This document shows positions 50,104 through 58,001 of a stretch of DNA of 64,000 nt, one piece after another. Location: the NCBI GenBank assembly GCA_017463665.1, contig JAFTOT010000035.1:4996-68995 (forward strand), in the 5' to 3' direction. Each line of letters opens with the position of its first letter. The stretch's first letter is position 1. The notes below the pieces were generated by a model. It was not told the origin of the DNA. It searched no databases and saw only the letters and a list, made by a program, of their open reading frames with translations. Made by a program: the position numbers and the translations under genes. Origin of the DNA: Clostridia bacterium. GTDB lineage: Bacteria > Bacillota > Clostridia > Oscillospirales > CAG-272.

Positions 50104-50860
50104 CGACCACCTCTATACCCTTTTCCTCCAGTGCTGCTATTTGATCCTCTGCGCTGTTCCAGTCTGTAATCACTGTATCAAATACATCTGCTTCACAAAC
50201 TTTAATAAAGGCATCTGTGCCGACCTTTGCACTCGGCATCAGCAGAACTCGCTTGCGGCTGTTTCCGATCACCGTTCGCTGAAACGCAGCGGTTTCATCC
50301 GTTCCGTTTGACAATCCGAATGCCGTAGTAAGTCCCGCACCGGTGATAAAACAAATATCAAAATGCATACGACTGACGAATTCGGTAGCGAGACTGTCCA
50401 CCAAAGAACCGCTTTGCCGCATCTTTCCACCGGCAATATAGACATCGGCATTGTCAAACGCGCGCAATTCTTTTCCGATGTCAACTGAATTTACAACGAT
50501 GGTATAGTGAATGTCTTTCGGCAAAAAGTCAAGCATAATGTATCCCAAAGAACCGCTTGTCAAATAGATGATATCGTTTTCACGGATATGCTTTGCTGCT
50601 TCGCGGGCAATCGCCCTATAGTTATCATATACAGGCATCTTCTCAAAGCTGCGATCCACGGGCGGTCGAACACCCACCTGCTGCAGTTTTATCGCACCGC
50701 CGTGCGTTCTTTTGCACATGCCTTTTTGCTCCAGAATTCGCAAATCGCGTCTGGCAGATTCATCTGAAATACCATACTTTTTTGTAATTTCTGAAATGAG
50801 TATTTTGCCGTTTTGCTCAATAAGTTTTGCAATTTCCTGGTGTCTTTCCTCAATAAACAT
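50090..50860 (-). CDS. DeoR-family transcriptional regulator
   Basis: 256 aa. N-terminal HTH (ERHQEIAKLIEQNGKILISEITKKYGISDESARRDLRILE) and a C-terminal DeoR sugar-phosphate sensor domain. Confidence 0.88.
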   Translation of the reverse strand: MFIEERHQEIAKLIEQNGKILISEITKKYGISDESARRDLRILEQKGMCKRTHGGAIKLQQVGVRPPVDRSFEKMPVYDNYRAIAREAAKHIRENDIIYLTSGSLGYIMLDFLPKDIHYTIVVNSVDIGKELRAFDNADVYIAGGKMRQSGSLVDSLATEFVSRMHFDICFITGAGLTTAFGLSNGTDETAAFQRTVIGNSRKRVLLMPSAKVGTDAFIKVCEADVFDTVITDWNSAEDQIAALEEKGIEVVVVEE

Positions 50861-50964
50861 AGTTTGCCTCCAAAATGAAATAATGTATTATCGAATTCGA
50901 CAATATAATAATACCACATATTCGGAAACAAATCAATACTTTCGGCAATCGGATTTGCGTCTAT

Positions 50965-52743
50965 TTATTCACCTATAACAGCCTTAATGCGTCTAACACC
51001 GGCGGAAGAACTTTCTTCTTTTAAAATTCTAAACGACTTTAGTTCACCTGTGTGAGAAGCATGCGGTCCACCGCAGATTTCGCTGGAATACCCTTCAATT
51101 GTGTACACCTTTACAACTGCCCCATATTTACTGTCAAAAACACCGATGGCACCTTTTTCTTTGGCTTTCTCAACACTCATTTCTGCGCATATCACGGGAA
51201 TATCTTTTTGAATTGCTTCATTCACGATATCGGATACTTTCGAAAGCTCATCTGCCGTTAGCTTTCTGTCAAAAGAAAAATCAAAGCGTAAACGCTCTGC
51301 CGTAATATTACTTCCGCGTTGAAAAACAGTGTCTCCCAATACTTTTCGCAAAGCACCATTCAGCAAATGCGTAGCCGTATGCAATCTTGTTGTATGCTCG
51401 CTGTTATCCGCCATGCCACCTTTGAACTTTGCTTCTGCGCCCTTACGCGAAAGATTTTGATGCTCTATAAATCTCTCGTGAAAACGATTCAAATCTACGC
51501 TTAGTCCTTTTTCTGCCGCAAGTTCCTCGGTGAATTCTATGGGAAAGCCAAATGTATCATACAGCTTGAATGCCAAATCACCGTCTAAAATCTTACCGTC
51601 ATTCAGCATAGAAAAATACTTTTCGGCTTTTTTCAGACCCATATCCAACGTTTTTTCGAAAGTAGCCGATTCTTTATCCATCTCCCGTATAATAAATTCG
51701 CGATTCTGCTCCAGCTCCGGATACGCATTGCTGTATTGCTCGATCACTGTTTTTGCCAGTTCGGACAGCACATTTTGTCCAAATAAGCTCTTACTGTGTC
51801 GGATAGCACGACGAATCAAACGGCGTAGGATGTATCCTTGCTCGGTATTTGACGGCGTGACAGCTTTTGGATCTCCGAGTATAAATGTTGCGGTTCTTGT
51901 ATGCTCACAAATGATTCTATATTGACGCTCATTCTCTGATGAGATTTCTATTCCCGTCATTTCACCCAACTTGTGAATCATCGGTATAAAAAGATCGGTT
52001 TTATAAACGCTGTTTACACCGTTTTTGATGGCAAGTACACGTTCCAACCCCATGCCTGTATCCACATTTTTCTGTGCAAGCGGAGAATAGGAACCGTCAG
52101 CATTTTTATTGTACTCCATAAAAACATTATTCCATATCTCGACATATTTACCGCAACTGCAAGCCGGACCGCAGGAGTCGCTGCATTTCGGCTTTTCGGT
52201 ATTATTGAAGAATATCTCTGTGTCGGGACCGCAAGGCCCCGTGATTCCTGCCGGTCCCCACCAGTTTTCGTCACGTCCGTATAAGAATATCTGCGATTCA
52301 GACAAACCTTGCTTACGCCATAGATCGTACGCTTCTGTATCTCTCGGAACCGATTCATCCCCTTCGAATACCGTAACGGCAAGCCTATCGACCGGAATAT
52401 CTAGGTATTTCGTCAGCAACTCAAAGCTCATTGCGATGGATTCCGGTTTTGAATAGTCGCCAAGCGACCAGTTTCCGAGCATCTCAAAAAATGTGCAATG
52501 GTTTTCATCACCTACTGCATCAATATCACCGGTGCGCACACATTTCTGTACATCTACAAGGCGTGTGCCAAGCGGATGCCTTTCTCCAAGCAAATACGGT
52601 ATCAACGGATGCATTCCCGCTGTCGTAAAAAGCACGCTCGGATCATTTTCGGGCAACAACGAAGCCGATGGAATTTCTTTGTGCCCTCGCTCTTTGAAAA
52701 AATCGATATACAATTTTCTCAGTTCTTGTGCTGTCATGTTCAT
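50965..52743 (-). CDS. alaS: alanine-tRNA ligase, short form (catalytic + tRNA-recognition + editing domains, no C-Ala domain)
   Basis: 592 aa. Class II AlaRS N-terminus ([42 protein letters not shown]). Editing-domain motifs HTATHLL and CGGPH. The protein ends just after GVRRIKAV. The gene is AT-rich relative to its neighbours. Confidence 0.85.
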   Translation of the reverse strand: MNMTAQELRKLYIDFFKERGHKEIPSASLLPENDPSVLFTTAGMHPLIPYLLGERHPLGTRLVDVQKCVRTGDIDAVGDENHCTFFEMLGNWSLGDYSKPESIAMSFELLTKYLDIPVDRLAVTVFEGDESVPRDTEAYDLWRKQGLSESQIFLYGRDENWWGPAGITGPCGPDTEIFFNNTEKPKCSDSCGPACSCGKYVEIWNNVFMEYNKNADGSYSPLAQKNVDTGMGLERVLAIKNGVNSVYKTDLFIPMIHKLGEMTGIEISSENERQYRIICEHTRTATFILGDPKAVTPSNTEQGYILRRLIRRAIRHSKSLFGQNVLSELAKTVIEQYSNAYPELEQNREFIIREMDKESATFEKTLDMGLKKAEKYFSMLNDGKILDGDLAFKLYDTFGFPIEFTEELAAEKGLSVDLNRFHERFIEHQNLSRKGAEAKFKGGMADNSEHTTRLHTATHLLNGALRKVLGDTVFQRGSNITAERLRFDFSFDRKLTADELSKVSDIVNEAIQKDIPVICAEMSVEKAKEKGAIGVFDSKYGAVVKVYTIEGYSSEICGGPHASHTGELKSFRILKEESSSAGVRRIKAVIGE

Positions 52744-52744
52744 T

Positions 52745-53055
52745 CCTCCAAAAAAATAAAAATAAAAAAGTCCTGAGTCAAACTAATTTGACTCAGGACG
52801 AATTGATAAATCCGCGTTACCACCTGAATTCAGAGAAAATCTCTGCTCTCTGTCGGTACATGACAATACCGTTCTCCCTTTTTACGGCGGAGATTCCGTT
52901 GAAGTCTACTCAATAGATGTTTCCAACTATTTTTCGGTCCACAGCTCGGAGACTGCTTCCAAACTATCCTCACGAAGGTTCGCACCAACCACCTTCTCTC
53001 TGTGCATCAAAATAGAATGTACTCTCTCTCGTCATTGCCTTTAGTGATATTTAAT
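52745..53055 (-). promoter_or_regulatory. T-box leader (candidate specifier GCA = Ala)
   Basis: Read on the minus strand: Stem I elements TGACGAGAGAGAGTA (GA/K-turn plus AGTA) and GGATAGTTTGGAA-GCA-G (GAA + codon + purine; GCA at 52956..52954). The T-box sequence AATTCAGGTGGTAACGCGG lies at 52812..52830. A terminator hairpin follows. Confidence 0.8.
52750..52799 (-). terminator. T-box attenuator terminator
   Basis: 13-bp stem GTCCTGAGTCAAA/TTTGACTCAGGAC (52770..52799). On the minus strand it is followed by TTTTTTATTTTTATTTTTTT. Confidence 0.8.
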
Positions 53056-53062
53056 TTTCTGC

Positions 53063-53091
53063 ATTATAACATTGTTTGAACGCTTTGTCAA
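53063..53091 (-). promoter_or_regulatory. consensus sigma-A promoter driving the T-box/alaS transcript
   Basis: On the minus strand: TTGACA (53091..53086), a 17-nt spacer, then TATAAT (53068..53063). Confidence 0.6.
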
Positions 53092-53109
53092 TAGGAATTT
53101 TCACTCTGA

Positions 53110-53141
53110 TAAAAAAGATAGCCGCGAACGGCTATCTTTTT
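53110..53141. terminator. intrinsic terminator after the prs-like gene
   Basis: AAAAAAGATAGCCG-CGAA-CGGCTATCTTTTT. Confidence 0.62.
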
Positions 53142-53161
53142 ATGCTTATTTCTATATTTAC

Positions 53162-54292
53162 TTATTCTTGTTCGCCGGCGAGCGTTTGTGCGTGCTTATC
53201 GATCAGCTTATGCACACGCTTGGCGGGGTTGAGGAGGTTGCTGATGGTGGCATCGTGGTTGAGGGTATCGATGAGGTATGCAACATACTTGCACATATTG
53301 ACCGACTGATACCACGGTTTTGCCTTGAGCTCGTCCTTGCCGTAAATCAGGTTGGTGGTGAAGATCTTGGTGAAAATGCCGTTCTCATATGCCTCGTCGA
53401 ACTTCTCAAAACCGTTGCAGAACAGACCGAAGGTTGCAAATACGAAGATGCGGTTTGCCCCCTTCTCTTTGAGCTGCTCGCATACATCCAGCATCGACTC
53501 GCCCGAGGAGATCATATCGTCAACAACGATTACATCCTTGCCCTTGACATCTCTGCCGAGGTACTCGTGCGCCTCGATGGGGTTTTTACCGTCGATGATG
53601 ACCGAGTAATTGCGGCGCTTGTAGAACATACCGAGATCGAGTCCCAACAGCGAAGAATAGAACATACATCTGGTCATTGCGCCCTCATCGGGAGAAATGA
53701 TCATCAGTTTGTCATGCGTAAAGGTAACATCCGGAACCGTCTTAACCAGTGCTTTGATCATCTGATAAGTCGGTCTTACATTGTCAAAGCCGCTGAGCGG
53801 AATTGCGTTCTGAATCTTGGGGTCATGTGCATCAAAGGTAATGATGTTGCTGACACCCATATTGACAAGCTCCTGCAGTGCAAGGGCGCTGTCAAGCGAC
53901 TCTCTCGACGTGCGGTTGTGCTGTCTGCCCTCATAAAGCATGGGCATGATAACCGAAATTCTGCGTGCCTTACCGCCAATTGCGCTGATAATGCGCTTGA
54001 GGTCCTGATAGTGATCATCCGGACTCATCGGAACGGTCATTCCGTACATCTTGTAAGTTACACCGTAGTTGAATACATCGCAAATGATGTACACATCGCG
54101 TCCGCGCACGGACTCATGGATCAGACCCTTTGCCTCACCCGAACCGAAGCGGGGGCAATCTGCGCGCGTGATATAGGTCTCGTCCTCTACATGGCGGCGC
54201 CAGTCCTTGATATAGCTGTCTACCTCGGCAGTGAATGCCTCACAGCCACGCATACCAATTATGCTGAGATCTCCGTAGAATGAATCGTTCAT
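53162..54292 (-). CDS. prs: ribose-phosphate pyrophosphokinase, long divergent form
   Basis: 376 aa from ATG at 54292 (RBS AGGAGGAC). PRPP loop VVDDMISSGES, and FDAHDPKIQN matching the DLHA.Q motif. It carries N- and C-terminal extensions relative to canonical Prs of about 315 aa. Confidence 0.82.
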   Translation of the reverse strand: MNDSFYGDLSIIGMRGCEAFTAEVDSYIKDWRRHVEDETYITRADCPRFGSGEAKGLIHESVRGRDVYIICDVFNYGVTYKMYGMTVPMSPDDHYQDLKRIISAIGGKARRISVIMPMLYEGRQHNRTSRESLDSALALQELVNMGVSNIITFDAHDPKIQNAIPLSGFDNVRPTYQMIKALVKTVPDVTFTHDKLMIISPDEGAMTRCMFYSSLLGLDLGMFYKRRNYSVIIDGKNPIEAHEYLGRDVKGKDVIVVDDMISSGESMLDVCEQLKEKGANRIFVFATFGLFCNGFEKFDEAYENGIFTKIFTTNLIYGKDELKAKPWYQSVNMCKYVAYLIDTLNHDATISNLLNPAKRVHKLIDKHAQTLAGEQE

Positions 54293-54493
54293 ATGTCCTC
54301 CTGATATGCTATTCATTTTTTGTCCGCGCCAAAGCGCTTGTTCTACGCATATCATTATACCATCTTTTTTATAAAAATACATAGAAAAATGTCATTTTTT
54401 GAATTTTTTTTGATTTTGCACAAAAGCGGTCATGTTTTTCATGCTTTTTCTATACTATATACTATTCATTTTCTTTTATGAAAGGAACGTTAT

Positions 54494-54913
54494 ATGAATA
54501 ACCGTATACCCAAGGAATACACCTCTACCGGTACGCTGATCGTTTCCGTGTATACCGCAGGCGGCGCAATACCCGTAGAAGGGGCGCTGGTCACCATTCG
54601 CGGCGGCGAGCAAAACAGCTCGGGCGTGCTCTCGATACTCTACACCGATCAAAGCGGCAACACGCCTCGGATCACGCTGCCCGCGCCGCCTGCGTCCGAA
54701 TCGGAAAGTCCCGGTACGGAAAAACCGTATGCCACTTACAACATCGAGGTTGACAAAGATAGCTTTTACCCGCGCAGTTTTATCAACGTTCCGATCTTTT
54801 CCGAAACGACCTCAATCCAGCCTGTCAATCTGATTCCGCTCACCGAATATAATCCGGATATCCTGCATCCCGATTCGTCCAATGTCACAGAGGGACAAAA
54901 TCCGGAGCTTTGA
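54494..54913 (+). CDS. stand-alone SleC-type N-terminal pre-domain (carboxypeptidase-regulatory-like beta-sandwich)
   Basis: 139 aa with GTLIVSVYTAGGAIPVEGALVTIRGG...LPAPP...YNIEVDKDSFY. This resembles my recollection of the N-terminus of clostridial SleC. It ends at TGA 54911..54913, in frame with the next ORF. Confidence 0.6.
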   Translation: MNNRIPKEYTSTGTLIVSVYTAGGAIPVEGALVTIRGGEQNSSGVLSILYTDQSGNTPRITLPAPPASESESPGTEKPYATYNIEVDKDSFYPRSFINVPIFSETTSIQPVNLIPLTEYNPDILHPDSSNVTEGQNPEL

Positions 54914-54928
54914 GGAGGTACATATACT

Positions 54929-56332
54929 ATGCCAAACGGACTGCCGACTATTCCGGAAACCATCACCGTGCATCTCGGACCTCCCGGCTCGGATGCGCGA
55001 AACGTGACCGTGCCATTCGTGGATTACATAAAAAATGTTGCATCCAGCGAGATCTATCCCACATGGCCCGAGAGTGCCATCCGCGCCAATATCTATGCAC
55101 AGATCTCCTTTGCGCTCAACCGCATTTACACTGAGTATTACCGCAGCCGCGGCTATGATTTTGACATTACAAATACTACGCAGAACGATCAATATTTTGT
55201 CGAAGGACGCGACTACTTTGAAAACATATCGCAGATCGTGGACGAGATTTTCGACAGCTATATTCGGCGGCAGGGGGCAGTCGAGCCCTTGTTTGCGCAA
55301 TACTGTGACGGTGTGCAGACACAGTGCCCGGGGCTTTCGCAGTGGGGCACTGTCACGCTGGCGGAAGAGGGGCTTTTCCCCTACGCGATCCTGCAAAACT
55401 ATTACGGAAACAATATTGATATTGTGATGGATGTACCGCTGACTGAGCCGGATACCAGCGTGCCGAGCATCCCGCTGCGTCTGGGTATGGCGGGAGATGA
55501 TGTCCGCCGCTTGCAGATCCGTCTCAACCGCATTTCCAAAAACTATCCCGCCATTCCGAAGATCTCTCCCGCAGACGGCTATTTCGGCGGAGAAACCGAG
55601 GAAGCCGTACGCGAATTTCAGCGTATTTTCAATCTTACCCCCGACGGTGTCGTGGGGCGTGCCACCTGGTACAGCATCCTGCGCATCTACAACAGCGTGA
55701 AAAAGATCGCAAATCTGAACTCGGAAGGCATCACGCTGGAAGAAGTCTCTCGCCAGTTTCCCGAAGTGCTGCAGCAAGGCAGCGAAGGAACGGGCGTGCG
55801 GCTGCTGCAGTACTTTTTATCCTATATTGCCGCCTTTGTCCCCGCGGTGCAGCCGACGAACATCGACGGATTTTTCGGTCCCGCCACCACGCAGGCGGTG
55901 CGCAGTTTTCAGCAGAACTATTCTCTCCCCGTAACGGGCGTTGTAGACGAAACGACTTGGTATGCCATCTATAATGCATATCAAGGCTTGATTGCTTCGA
56001 TCCCGCCGCAGTTTATGGAAGGCACGGCTGTCCCCTATCCCGGTTTTGCCCTGCGCGTCGGCACCGAAAACGAGTATGTTTCGGTACTGCAGGAATATCT
56101 GAACTATATCGGAAAGACCTACACGCAGATCCCGTTCGTCCCCGTGACAGGGTACTTCGGCGCACTGACCTACAACGCTGTCTCGGCATTCCAGCGTCTG
56201 TTCGGACTGGAGGAGGACGGTGTTGCGGACGTGGAAACCTGGAACGCGATCATAGAAATTTACGAAGATCTGTACAGCGGCAGCACCACAACACCCGGTC
56301 AATATCCGGGATATACGATCACAGAGGGATGA
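54929..56332 (+). CDS. SleC-like spore cortex-lytic enzyme core with three PG_binding_1 repeats
   Basis: 467 aa. IPETITVHLG...FVDYIKNVASSEIYPTWPESAIRANIYAQISFALNRIYTEYYRSRGYDFDIT matches the conserved SleC/SpoIID-like region. Three ...DG.FG..T..AV..FQ....L..DGVV...TW repeats follow. Confidence 0.7.
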   Translation: MPNGLPTIPETITVHLGPPGSDARNVTVPFVDYIKNVASSEIYPTWPESAIRANIYAQISFALNRIYTEYYRSRGYDFDITNTTQNDQYFVEGRDYFENISQIVDEIFDSYIRRQGAVEPLFAQYCDGVQTQCPGLSQWGTVTLAEEGLFPYAILQNYYGNNIDIVMDVPLTEPDTSVPSIPLRLGMAGDDVRRLQIRLNRISKNYPAIPKISPADGYFGGETEEAVREFQRIFNLTPDGVVGRATWYSILRIYNSVKKIANLNSEGITLEEVSRQFPEVLQQGSEGTGVRLLQYFLSYIAAFVPAVQPTNIDGFFGPATTQAVRSFQQNYSLPVTGVVDETTWYAIYNAYQGLIASIPPQFMEGTAVPYPGFALRVGTENEYVSVLQEYLNYIGKTYTQIPFVPVTGYFGALTYNAVSAFQRLFGLEEDGVADVETWNAIIEIYEDLYSGSTTTPGQYPGYTITEG

Positions 56333-56341
56333 GGCGAGAAT

Positions 56342-56863
56342 ATGACCTATCAAAACGATGAACAAAAAAATGCGGTTCGGCACATTCAAGAGATGCTGCG
56401 CGCACTGCAAATCGCAGCGGGTGAAACCGTCACCGTGCCGATCGACGGCATCTACGGCTCGGCAACTGCCGAAGCGGTACGCACCTTTCAGGCGCAAAAC
56501 GACTTACCTGTCACAGGAGATGTAGACAAGGCGACCTATGACGCACTGTATGAAAAATCTCTGGAAGCCGAATTCTTGGCAAGCGAACCGCTCCCGCTCT
56601 ATATCTTTGGAAACGGAAGATCGGTTCAAAAAGGTGAAACCAGCGATATTGTACTGCTGTTACAAATTTTGCTGAATGCGCTGACCGTTGCCTATGACGA
56701 CTTCGCCCCGCTCACATTAAACGGTGTATTTGATGACACCATGGAAAGCGCCGTCCGCCGTTTTCAAATGCGCAACTCCCTCCCTGCAACAGGCATTGTC
56801 GATAAGGCAACGTGGAACGCATTGGTCAAAAACTACAATAAGTTCGGCAACCTGCATTCCTAA
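56342..56863 (+). CDS. peptidoglycan-binding protein (two PG_binding_1 repeats)
   Basis: 173 aa with repeats [33 protein letters not shown] and [33 protein letters not shown]. Confidence 0.7.
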   Translation: MTYQNDEQKNAVRHIQEMLRALQIAAGETVTVPIDGIYGSATAEAVRTFQAQNDLPVTGDVDKATYDALYEKSLEAEFLASEPLPLYIFGNGRSVQKGETSDIVLLLQILLNALTVAYDDFAPLTLNGVFDDTMESAVRRFQMRNSLPATGIVDKATWNALVKNYNKFGNLHS

Positions 56864-56911
56864 ATAAAAAGCGAAGAAAATCGCTGAAAAACTGCAAAAC
56901 AACGCAAAAAA

Positions 56912-56953
56912 GCGAGATAAACAAGGCAAATTTGTTTTTCTCGCTTTATTTTT
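56912..56953 (+). terminator. intrinsic terminator after the PG-binding operon
   Basis: GCGAGA..AAACA-loop-TGTTT..TCTCGC hairpin followed by TTTATTTTT. Confidence 0.55.
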
Positions 56954-56996
56954 GACTTTGTTTGACTTTGACTTTCGTTGATCTTTGTCGTACAAT
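56951..56996 (+). promoter_or_regulatory. CtsR operator overlapping the ctsR-clpC promoter
   Basis: TTTGACT-TTG-TTTGACT (56951..56967) is the reverse complement of AGTCAAA-CAA-AGTCAAA, which matches RGTCAAANANRGTCAAA. A third TTGACT (56968..56973) doubles as the -35. A 17-nt spacer separates it from TACAAT (56991..56996). Confidence 0.75.
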
Positions 56997-57027
56997 ATAG
57001 ACAAACAAGAAAGAAAGGATTGATACC

Positions 57028-57480
57028 ATGCTGATATCCGATACGATTGCCGCATTTATCGACGAAATGCTCAACGACTGTGGAGGTACACTGGAGATCA
57101 AGCGAAACGATCTCGCAAAAAGGCTCGGCTGTGTCCCCAGTCAGATCAACTACGTGGTAGCATCCCGCTTTACGCCCGAGCGCGGCTATATCATTGAAAG
57201 CCGACGCGGCGGCGGCGGATACATCCGCATTATCCGCAAGGTAATGAGCGAGGACGACCTCTTGATGCAGATGTTTCAAGCAGCAGGCGAAAATCTTGCA
57301 GAAAAAGACTTATATTCCCTGCTCGACACCCTGTACAGCACTGATCTCATCACCGCGCGTGAAAACCGCTTTGTCCGCGCCTGCCTTTCGCAGACCGCAC
57401 TCTCTGCACTGCCGAGGGAAACGCAGAACACCGTACGCGCAAGCAGCTTCCGCAACATGATTCTGTCCCTGATGCAATAA
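57028..57480 (+). CDS. ctsR: class III heat-shock repressor CtsR
   Basis: 150 aa with ISDTIAAFIDEML...LAKRLGCVPSQINYVVASRFTPERGYIIESRRGGGGYIRI, canonical CtsR. Confidence 0.92.
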   Translation: MLISDTIAAFIDEMLNDCGGTLEIKRNDLAKRLGCVPSQINYVVASRFTPERGYIIESRRGGGGYIRIIRKVMSEDDLLMQMFQAAGENLAEKDLYSLLDTLYSTDLITARENRFVRACLSQTALSALPRETQNTVRASSFRNMILSLMQ

Positions 57481-57512
57481 CAAGCAAAGCAACCAAGAAA
57501 GAAGTGATTTTT

Positions 57513-58001
57513 ATGCTTTGTACCAACTGCAAAAAAGAGCAAGCAACCTTTTTCTATACGCAAAACATCAACGGCAAGGAAACCTCGGCAGCGCTTTGCC
57601 CGAACTGCGCAAAGCAATCCGGCATCGGCAGCACCGACATTCTTTCCCCGCTGTTTCATCCGTTTGCAGCCGAAAAAACGCCAAAGCGCGACAACGGCAA
57701 GACCTGCAGCCTGTGCGGTTTGACCTTTACTGACATTCTTTCTCTCGGCAAGGTGGGCTGCCCCGATTGCTACAGCACCTTCCGTGATGAACTGCGCGAG
57801 ACCATTCGTTCCATTCACGGCACCGCGAAGCATGTCGGGCTGACGCCCGAGCGCTCTACCGCTATCACGCCCGAACCGAACAAGGAACCGACCGAGGAAG
57901 AGATGCTGCGTGCCGCACTGGAAACCGCGATCCGCAATGAAAACTACGAGGAGGCCGCAAGGCTGCGCGACAGAATCAAAGAGCTGAAAGGAGAAAACTG
58001 A
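57513..58001 (+). CDS. mcsA: McsA (zinc-finger + UVR-motif activator of McsB)
   Basis: Four CxxC pairs (CTNC, CPNC, CSLC, CPDC) and a UVR motif NENYEEAARLRDRIKELK. ATG at 57513 is preferred to GTG at 57504. Confidence 0.87.
   Translation: MLCTNCKKEQATFFYTQNINGKETSAALCPNCAKQSGIGSTDILSPLFHPFAAEKTPKRDNGKTCSLCGLTFTDILSLGKVGCPDCYSTFRDELRETIRSIHGTAKHVGLTPERSTAITPEPNKEPTEEEMLRAALETAIRNENYEEAARLRDRIKELKGEN

Noticed and set aside
52951-52958. Alternative reading of the T-box specifier as AGC (Ser) followed by A
   Set aside because: Aligning the loop to the conserved AGTA...GAA-codon-purine S-turn layout places GAA immediately before GCA. GCA (Ala) also agrees with the downstream AlaRS. This needs confirmation from a covariance model.
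54911-54913. TGA as selenocysteine, or as a genome-wide reassigned sense codon
   Set aside because: TGA clearly terminates other genes in the window (for example nadD, ispA, mcsA and trmFO). SleC-type enzymes are not known selenoproteins, and I see no obvious SECIS-like hairpin directly downstream. Local read-through remains possible and is listed as a finding.
56951-56975. Tandem TTTGACT repeats as a microsatellite or CRISPR-like repeat
   Set aside because: There are only three short units with no spacers. They match the CtsR operator consensus exactly and sit at the ctsR promoter.
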